A stretch of 64,000 nucleotides of DNA. Origin: an uncultured Ruminococcus sp. (GTDB taxonomy: Bacteria; Bacillota; Clostridia; Oscillospirales; Ruminococcaceae). How positions within the stretch are numbered: position 1 is the stretch's first letter; the number at the start of each line of letters is the position of its first letter. A program made the translations under genes and the position numbers. Location: NCBI GenBank assembly GCA_934435205.1, contig CAKSAK010000001.1, positions 542,243 through 606,242 of the forward strand, given 5' to 3'. The notes beneath the pieces were generated by a model. That model worked only from the letters and a program-made list of their open reading frames with translations, was not told where the DNA came from and made no database searches. Shown piece after piece: positions 57,940-64,000 of this stretch.

Positions 57940-58563
57940 TTATTTTTTTGCATTGGTCTGTGTTTTGCCGAAAGCTTCTATTCGGTGGCTGATGTAATCG
58001 TCAAATTCCTGCAAGATCTCTTCGGTGGACTTTTCTCTGTCGTCCATCATAAGACCGTATACATGGGGTGCTTCAAGACCTCTGTCCGCAAGCTCTCCCA
58101 GCAGTTCTTCCATAAAAATCCCCGGCTTGTCAACAAGCACTCTGGGAACTTCTTTCGGTCTGCCGCCCCAATCCTCGCAGAAACTCGACTTTGTTATGCC
58201 GCAGCTTGGCGAGCCGTCGCAAGTGAGAATGGCGGTGACTTCATAGCCGACCTTGTAGTAATTTGCAATGTAATCTGCCGTTTGTGCTGCAAGCTGTCTG
58301 CAAAGACGGCGGTAGCCTGCGTTGTCGTAAAGATTTCGGCTTGTCCACCAGCGCTGGTTGCCCATATGCAAAACCTCTGGACAGGGCATTTGCATAACGC
58401 CGAAGCCATATTTATCAAGTATCTTCACTACATCGGAGAACATTCCGCTGTATCTTGCAAATTCAAACACCTTGTTATTGGCGTTCAGCAGGCAGTTTGA
58501 AACAAAAACGATCCTTTTACTGCGTTTGTCCTGCTTGTGCAAAGTCTTTTTAGTCTCTGCCAT
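57940..58563 (-). CDS. DUF523-like protein, a putative [4Fe-4S] protein related to the thiouracil desulfidase TudS family
   Basis: Three conserved-context Cys: VSNCLL, MPCPEV and DGSPSCG, matching my recollection of DUF523 signatures. 207 aa. Confidence 0.45.
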   Translation of the reverse strand: MAETKKTLHKQDKRSKRIVFVSNCLLNANNKVFEFARYSGMFSDVVKILDKYGFGVMQMPCPEVLHMGNQRWWTSRNLYDNAGYRRLCRQLAAQTADYIANYYKVGYEVTAILTCDGSPSCGITKSSFCEDWGGRPKEVPRVLVDKPGIFMEELLGELADRGLEAPHVYGLMMDDREKSTEEILQEFDDYISHRIEAFGKTQTNAKK

Positions 58564-58697
58564 AAATCATTCTTCTTTCCTGCTTATTTGTTATCCAGCC
58601 CCTTTTGTGAGCCGTCTATTCCCATAGGCAAGAATGGAAGAGACAGCTCGGGCTGTATATATCACGGAGGAATTTAGCTTAATAGCTTGCTATTTTT

Positions 58698-59756
58698 TTA
58701 CTTCAGACCTTCAACGGCAGCCTTCCAATAGCTGTCATCATAAACCTTTGCAGGCTTTTCCTTGATGATATCGAACTTAAGGCAAGCGTCAACAGTTGAA
58801 CCGATCTTGTCGTCGCCAAGTCTGAGCATTTTCTCTGCTTCGGTTCCGTCAGGCGCTGCAAGTGAAGCAACCTCCTTGGCGGAAGCTTTCTGATGTTCAA
58901 GTGTTGTACTGCTCTGATCTACATAGTTCCATACGATCTCGGCAGCCGCCTCAGGGTCTGTGCAGGCGTCTGACCAGCCCTTCATGGAGGCTCTCATAAA
59001 GCCTTCCATAAGCTTGTCGCTGCCGTCCTGTGCAGCCCAGTCTGTATTTGCAATGATAGCGTCCTCGAGCATTCCGCAATCATAATCTTCAAAGTTTATC
59101 ACGTTGATATCGTCCTTTGAAAGTCCCGACTCCTGCAATACGATATACTCGTTATATATATTTGCGCTGGCAACGTCGATCTCATCATTGAGAAGTGCGT
59201 CCATTGTGTAATCCTGGCTAACGATAGTGCAATCCTTATCCTTGTCGATACCGTACTTATCCAGCAACGAATAGATAGGATAATCTGCTGTGCCGACCCA
59301 AGCGCCGATCTTCTTGCCCTTCAAGTCCTCAGGTGTCTTGATACCCGATGACGCCTTTGAGCAAAGCATGAGCGAGCCCTCTTGGAACACCTGTCCTATT
59401 TCAACGATAGGATATCCCTGTTCCTCATATGGCAGCAGACCGTAGAGGTTTGCGATACCGATATCGGCAGCACCGATAGATACCTGCTGTGCAGAAACGA
59501 TATCGCTTCCGCCTGAGATGATGTTAAGATCAATGCCCTCGTCCTCATAATAGCCCTTTTCATAAGCCACATAAAAGCCCATAAACTGAACGCTCGGCAG
59601 CCACTTGAGCTGGAAATCCACTGTTGTAAGGGCCTTGCCGTTCTTTGTCACTGTGGCATTGCTTGAACCCTCGGAACTGCCACAGGAAGTAAGACCTGCT
59701 GAAAGAAGGATACCTGCTGTCAGGGCGGATAATGTTTTCATCAATACTTTTTTCAT
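58698..59756 (-). CDS. ABC transporter substrate-binding lipoprotein, NMT1/THI5-like (NitT/TauT family)
   Basis: Lipobox LTSCG. NMT1-like LKWLPSVQFMGFYVAYEKGYYEDEGIDL. Confidence 0.75.
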   Translation of the reverse strand: MKKVLMKTLSALTAGILLSAGLTSCGSSEGSSNATVTKNGKALTTVDFQLKWLPSVQFMGFYVAYEKGYYEDEGIDLNIISGGSDIVSAQQVSIGAADIGIANLYGLLPYEEQGYPIVEIGQVFQEGSLMLCSKASSGIKTPEDLKGKKIGAWVGTADYPIYSLLDKYGIDKDKDCTIVSQDYTMDALLNDEIDVASANIYNEYIVLQESGLSKDDINVINFEDYDCGMLEDAIIANTDWAAQDGSDKLMEGFMRASMKGWSDACTDPEAAAEIVWNYVDQSSTTLEHQKASAKEVASLAAPDGTEAEKMLRLGDDKIGSTVDACLKFDIIKEKPAKVYDDSYWKAAVEGLK

Positions 59757-59830
59757 AATTAACTCTCCTTATAAATTGAAAATTGGTTGTTTGCTTTTTA
59801 TTACTATCACTATAACTATCAGTTACAGCT

Positions 59831-60616
59831 TTAAGACCTTTGTGAAGCGTGCCATTTAAGAGCGACACGCTCGATTATGGAAATGATCGCATACATAAGC
59901 ACACCGCAAAGGGTAGCGACCAAGATGTATGCCCAAGCAACGGACATCTGCGAAAGCTTTATCGAAGCTGTGAGCTGATAGCCTATGCCCTTGTAGGAAG
60001 TGAAAAATTCGCTGCATATTGCAGACATAAGTCCTGTTGTTGTGCTGACCTTCAAGGCTGTGAGCATATACGGCAGACAGTTAGGAAGCTGGAGCTTGAA
60101 AAAAGTCTCGATCTTCCTTGCTGCACATATCTGCATAAGATCCTTTGAGAACGGAGGAAGCTCCGTCATACCTCTGTAAGCATTCAGCGTCATTGAAGCC
60201 ATGCTGAATACTGCAACGACCGCCACCTTTGAAGCCATTTCCATTCCGAACCAGTTGTTCATTATGGAAGCCATTGCTATCATAGGGATAGCGTTCACGG
60301 CAGTAACAATGCTTATTCCGCCCACGCCAAGCTTCGGGAACGCTGCTGCAAATACTGCGATAACAAAGCCGATAAGCGAACCAACTAATATTCCCACAAC
60401 GGCTTCTTTGAGCGTCCACACTGTGTTTGACATTATTACCGAGAAATCGTCGTTAAGTGTACGGATTATATCAGAGGGGTAGGAAAGCTGATAAGGCTTC
60501 AAGCCAAGGAGATAATGAAGTCCTCCCTGCTGCCAGGCGAAAATTATTATCACGCCCAGCACAAGCGAAAGTATCATATCCTGCGTCTTTTTCCAAAGGC
60601 GTTTAGCTTTGCTCAT
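59831..60616 (-). CDS. ABC transporter permease (NitT/TauT family)
   Basis: Six TM helices with the EAA loop. ATG at 60616 follows AGGAAGAGAGG and overlaps the upstream permease gene by 14 nt. Confidence 0.8.
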   Translation of the reverse strand: MSKAKRLWKKTQDMILSLVLGVIIIFAWQQGGLHYLLGLKPYQLSYPSDIIRTLNDDFSVIMSNTVWTLKEAVVGILVGSLIGFVIAVFAAAFPKLGVGGISIVTAVNAIPMIAMASIMNNWFGMEMASKVAVVAVFSMASMTLNAYRGMTELPPFSKDLMQICAARKIETFFKLQLPNCLPYMLTALKVSTTTGLMSAICSEFFTSYKGIGYQLTASIKLSQMSVAWAYILVATLCGVLMYAIISIIERVALKWHASQRS

Positions 60617-61436
60617 TTTCCGCACCTCTCTTCCTTTTGAATGTTTTAAGTGTTATAACTCCCGGTGTCGTGAGCTTTTCTATAAGCACCACCAACAGAT
60701 ATGTTGAAATACCCATAAGTGAAGCCATTACCACTGAAGCCCAGAAGTTTATCGCACCTGTTGCGCCATAGTAAAGCGAACTGAGTATCTTGAAACCTAT
60801 GCCCTCGCTTGAACCCATCATCTCAACCAGCACCGCTGCCGTTACTGCGCTTGGAGCGGCAAGCTTCAAGCCTGTGAAAAGATACTGTCTTGAAAATGGG
60901 AACATAAGCTTTGTGTAAACTGTTATACGCCTTGCGGCAAGTATCCTCATAAGGTCTTTCTTGTCGTTGTCAACGCTTCTCAGACCTTGATACATATTCA
61001 CTGCGACCGGAAAGAACGTTATGAACGCCGCAAGCACCGTTCTAGACATTCCCGAGTCCCTTACCACCGTGTAAACGATCGGCGCAAGAGCAAGTATAGG
61101 TATCATCTGCAAGACGATCATATAAGGAAGTATCATCTTTTCAAGAGACTTGTGAAAGCTCATAAATATAGCAATGCAAATGCCTATTACCGAACCGATC
61201 ACGAAGCCTTGGAGTGCCTTTGTGAATGTGAACATCACTGCTGAAAAAAGGCTGTCAAAGTCGGTGAATATCTTTGCTATCACCGAATGGAGATATGGCA
61301 GCTTCTTCACCGCCATAGGGTCTTTGAGCATCTTGTCAAGATAGAATGCGATAAACTCCCATAATCCCATAAGAAGTGCAAGACAGACGATGATAGAGAT
61401 AGTCTTGTTGGTTTTCTTTTCTTTCACATTTGTCAC
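60603..61436 (-). CDS. ABC transporter permease (NitT/TauT family)
   Basis: BPD-transport inner-membrane component. Start overlaps the ATPase stop (ATGA). Confidence 0.8.
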   Translation of the reverse strand: MTNVKEKKTNKTISIIVCLALLMGLWEFIAFYLDKMLKDPMAVKKLPYLHSVIAKIFTDFDSLFSAVMFTFTKALQGFVIGSVIGICIAIFMSFHKSLEKMILPYMIVLQMIPILALAPIVYTVVRDSGMSRTVLAAFITFFPVAVNMYQGLRSVDNDKKDLMRILAARRITVYTKLMFPFSRQYLFTGLKLAAPSAVTAAVLVEMMGSSEGIGFKILSSLYYGATGAINFWASVVMASLMGISTYLLVVLIEKLTTPGVITLKTFKRKRGAENEQS

Positions 61437-62200
61437 ACTCCTTCAAAACAGCCTCTGATATGCTCCACAAGTGCGTTACATTCAGGGGTATATCGCATTT
61501 CCTTTCTTCTCGGTCTCGGAAGAGTTATATCCACCATTGCGGAAAGTCTGCCTGGGTGAGGTGAGAACACTGCCACCTTATCAGAAAGATAGACAGCTTC
61601 CTGAATGTTATGTGTAATGAAAATAACTGTTTTGTGGGTCTGTCTCCAGATCTTTAAGATATCATCGTTGAGCTTCTCTCTTGTGAACTCGTCAAGAGCT
61701 GAGAAAGGCTCGTCCATTAAAAGTATAGGCGGGTCGAGCGCTAACGCTCTTGCGATACCCACACGCTGCTGCATACCGCCGCTTAGCTGATACGGATAAT
61801 GGTCGGCATAGTCGGTAAGACCCACAAGCTCAAGCACCTCGTCTGAACGCCTTTTCTGCTCCTTCTTGCTCATCTTTTGCAGCTCAAGCGGCAGGCAGAT
61901 ATTTTTTCTGACCGTCCGCCAATCGAACAATACTGCGCTCTGGAACACCATTCCGAAAGAGTGGCTGAGACGTTCCTCTCTCGGTGTGTATCCGCTTATG
62001 ATGACCTCGCCCTTTGTGGGCTGCAAAAGGTCGCAGATTATTCTGAGCATTGTGCTCTTGCCGCAGCCCGACGGACCGACCAGTGAGATAAAATCGCCTT
62101 TATCAATGTTAAAGCTGACATTTTTTAGCGCCTCGGTAGGTTCGCCCTTGGCGTTGAGATAGGTCATACTGACGTCCTTGATAAGTATTTGCGTCTTCAA
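61433..62200 (-). CDS. ABC transporter ATP-binding protein (NitT/TauT family)
   Basis: GPSGCGKST, LSGGMQQRVGIARAL, LLMDEPFSALD. Probable TTG start 9 nt after AAGGAG. Confidence 0.85.
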   Translation of the reverse strand: MKTQILIKDVSMTYLNAKGEPTEALKNVSFNIDKGDFISLVGPSGCGKSTMLRIICDLLQPTKGEVIISGYTPREERLSHSFGMVFQSAVLFDWRTVRKNICLPLELQKMSKKEQKRRSDEVLELVGLTDYADHYPYQLSGGMQQRVGIARALALDPPILLMDEPFSALDEFTREKLNDDILKIWRQTHKTVIFITHNIQEAVYLSDKVAVFSPHPGRLSAMVDITLPRPRRKEMRYTPECNALVEHIRGCFEGV

Positions 62201-62294
62201 ACAAAACAACTCCTTCTAAATAAAAAGGGCGCAGAGGAAAGCTGCTTTTCTGCATTTTCCTTCTGCGCTCCATTGCGTAGTCTCTTTTTTATGT

Positions 62295-63701
62295 TTAGCC
62301 TGCGTCGTTTACAAGCTTCATAAGCTCTGACATATCCTTCTGAGCTTCCAAATCCTCAACGAATGAGATTATCTTTTCAGTTCTCTCAGGGTCGGTGTAA
62401 ACTCTGTTTGCAAGAGTTCTGAACTTGTTCTTTACGTCCTCGAATGTAACAGGGTTTCTCCAGTCGCCCTTTGGGTCATCGATAACTGATTCATACTCAG
62501 TGCCGTCTTTCATTGTGACTTTTACTGCGCTTGAATAATGCTCAGGGTATCTTGCCTCGAATTCTGGGTCTTCAACGACCGTTGTTGAAGCAATGAGCTT
62601 CTTTACCAGCGGATCGTCAATGTACTTGACGTCAAATTCATCAACTGTTACCTTGCCGTTCACAAAGGCGATAGCTGCCTGGAATGGCATACTGAACTGG
62701 AGATCAACGATATTCTTAGGGTGCCACTTGCGTTCTTCTGCAAGCAGTCTCATTGTATATTTCGATGAACGTATCTCTATCTTTTCAATGTCCTCTGCCT
62801 TTGGGTGGTACTTTGCAACGATATCCAGACAAGCGTCAAGATGTCCGCCTGAATAACGGCAGCAAGGATATACCTTGATACTTGATGAAGCAAATTCCCA
62901 CTTGTCGCCAAGGCCCTCTGTAATAAACTTTGTGTCGAAATGATCGTAATATGAATAAGCGTGGAGAATACCGTCCTTGCCCTCATAGATATCCGACGGA
63001 CCATTGAAGCCCTTGTCGGCAAGATATGCGGCGATGATAGAGTTCATTGCTGGGTGGCCTGCCTGAAAACGCTTTGTAAAAGAACCCTCAGAGTTCCAAG
63101 CCATAAGACCTGCAACGGTGCTTCCTGCAATGCCCTGAACATAAACCGTCTTCTGCTTGTCAAAGCCCATGAGCTTTGCTGCGCTCACAGCCGCACCCAT
63201 TGAACCGCAGGTGCTTGTAGGGTGGAAGCCCTGATAGTACATATCGCCAAGATATGCACTGCCAAGTCGGCAAACAACTTCATTTCCTAAGCATACGGCC
63301 TCAATGAACTCCTTGCCGCTCTTTTTGAGCTTCTCAGCAAGTGCAAAGCTTGCAGGATATGTAGCAGGCGACGGGTGAGCGTTCGACTCATTGTGATCGT
63401 CAACGAAATCGTAACCGTAGCACTGGATAGCGTTTGCGAAAGCCGCATTCGGAGCAGAGACTTTCTTTGACGAGCCCACGATAGTACATTCAGCAGGACC
63501 CTCAAGCTCCTCAGCAGTCTCTCTTGCGATCTTGCTTGTGATGATATTTCGTGTGCCAACCATTGAAGCAAGCACGTCAAGTGTCAGCGTCTTTGCGTGA
63601 GCCACCGCATAGTCGGGCAGATCCTCGAACTTAAGTCCCGTGGAAAGCTCTGCGATAATTTCAGCGATCTTTTTCTCATTTGTTTTTGCAGTTGTAGTCA
63701 T
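62295..63701 (-). CDS. MmgE/PrpD-family protein (2-methylcitrate dehydratase / cis-aconitate decarboxylase family)
   Basis: Family-typical length and N-terminus; about 468 aa from the ATG at 63701. Confidence 0.75.
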   Translation of the reverse strand: MTTTAKTNEKKIAEIIAELSTGLKFEDLPDYAVAHAKTLTLDVLASMVGTRNIITSKIARETAEELEGPAECTIVGSSKKVSAPNAAFANAIQCYGYDFVDDHNESNAHPSPATYPASFALAEKLKKSGKEFIEAVCLGNEVVCRLGSAYLGDMYYQGFHPTSTCGSMGAAVSAAKLMGFDKQKTVYVQGIAGSTVAGLMAWNSEGSFTKRFQAGHPAMNSIIAAYLADKGFNGPSDIYEGKDGILHAYSYYDHFDTKFITEGLGDKWEFASSSIKVYPCCRYSGGHLDACLDIVAKYHPKAEDIEKIEIRSSKYTMRLLAEERKWHPKNIVDLQFSMPFQAAIAFVNGKVTVDEFDVKYIDDPLVKKLIASTTVVEDPEFEARYPEHYSSAVKVTMKDGTEYESVIDDPKGDWRNPVTFEDVKNKFRTLANRVYTDPERTEKIISFVEDLEAQKDMSELMKLVNDAG

Positions 63702-63778
63702 AATAAACAGCGTCCTTTCATTGAATTGTAGCAAATCGTATTATTGAAATGTTGATATGGTGTATTGTATATATTGTT

Positions 63779-64000
63779 CTAAGCTTTGGCTTGCAAAGCC
63801 TGTGATGAATGTTTTGACCTGAATGGTATGATATTTATTGCCGAGCCGCATATTACAAGCACCGCACCTGCGATCATATGCGGGGTAACATCTTCGTGGA
63901 GGAATATATAAGCCGCTGCCATTGCAATAACAGGCTTAATAAAGAACGATACCGAAGCCGCCGAAGGACCGCCTGCGGCGATCGCCTTGAGAAATGCGAT
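63779..64000 (-). CDS. EamA/DMT-family transporter, C-terminal fragment (gene continues past the window end)
   Basis: Minus-strand ORF ending at TAG (63779-63781). Hydrophobic C-terminal helices typical of EamA transporters. Confidence 0.5.
   Translation of the reverse strand: MAFLKAIAAGGPSAASVSFFIKPVIAMAAAYIFLHEDVTPHMIAGAVLVICGSAINIIPFRSKHSSQALQAKA

Noticed and set aside
58564-58697. 134-nt gap between the SBP and DUF523-like genes as a riboswitch or leader RNA
   Set aside because: No recognisable riboswitch consensus and only weak 4-bp stems. It is more likely a simple intergenic spacer, possibly with an internal promoter.
1-64000. tRNA, rRNA or tmRNA genes
   Set aside because: No GTTCGAATC-type T-loop or other conserved RNA signatures were seen in any intergenic region. 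All sizeable gaps are explained by promoters, terminators or the repeat elements.

Overview
The window reads as a chromosomal segment of a low-to-moderate-GC Firmicute. The cell-envelope and carbohydrate genes suggest a Clostridia or Ruminococcus-like organism: a GH5 endoglucanase, a 389-aa AGE-family (cellobiose 2-epimerase-like) sugar epimerase, a CwlD-like amidase, and many Thr-rich lipoproteins. About 56 protein-coding genes are called, with clean RBS and start signals; many six-frame shadow ORFs are ignored. I found no rRNA, tRNA or CRISPR. Housekeeping genes present are secA, clpB, prfC, dxs, dtd, acpS, nnr and nadA, plus D-Ala-D-Ala carboxypeptidase, amino-acid and GntR-linked ABC transporters, MarR, GNAT, nitroreductase, a HAD hydrolase and an AEC transporter. 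Four things stand out. (1) A 10-gene co-directional cluster (53339-63734, minus strand) looks like a non-canonical reductive pyrimidine or hydantoin-type catabolic system. It encodes a NitT/TauT-type ABC importer with an NMT1/THI5-like binding protein, an MmgE/PrpD protein, a DUF523/TudS-like Fe-S protein, a PreA-type dihydropyrimidine dehydrogenase with no PreT gene in this cluster or window, a dihydropyrimidinase-like cyclic amidohydrolase, an M20 N-carbamoyl-amino-acid amidohydrolase and a CN-hydrolase. (2) A small palindromic REP-like repeat, GGGCGAACNNNGTTCGCCC(CTACA), occurs at least 12 times in intergenic DNA. (3) Two related non-coding MITE-like elements are bounded by inverted tandem heptamer repeats (AGGAATK)n. 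(4) An unusual tri-domain acyl-AMP ligase / carrier protein / PlsC acyltransferase fusion lies downstream of a MarR gene. Other items are an orphan MoxR-type AAA+ ATPase, a 2-hydroxyacyl-CoA-dehydratase-like pair, an RHH-domain protein upstream of clpB, and surface proteins with non-LPXTG C-terminal anchors. All functional calls rest on motifs and architecture read from the translations. No database search was run.
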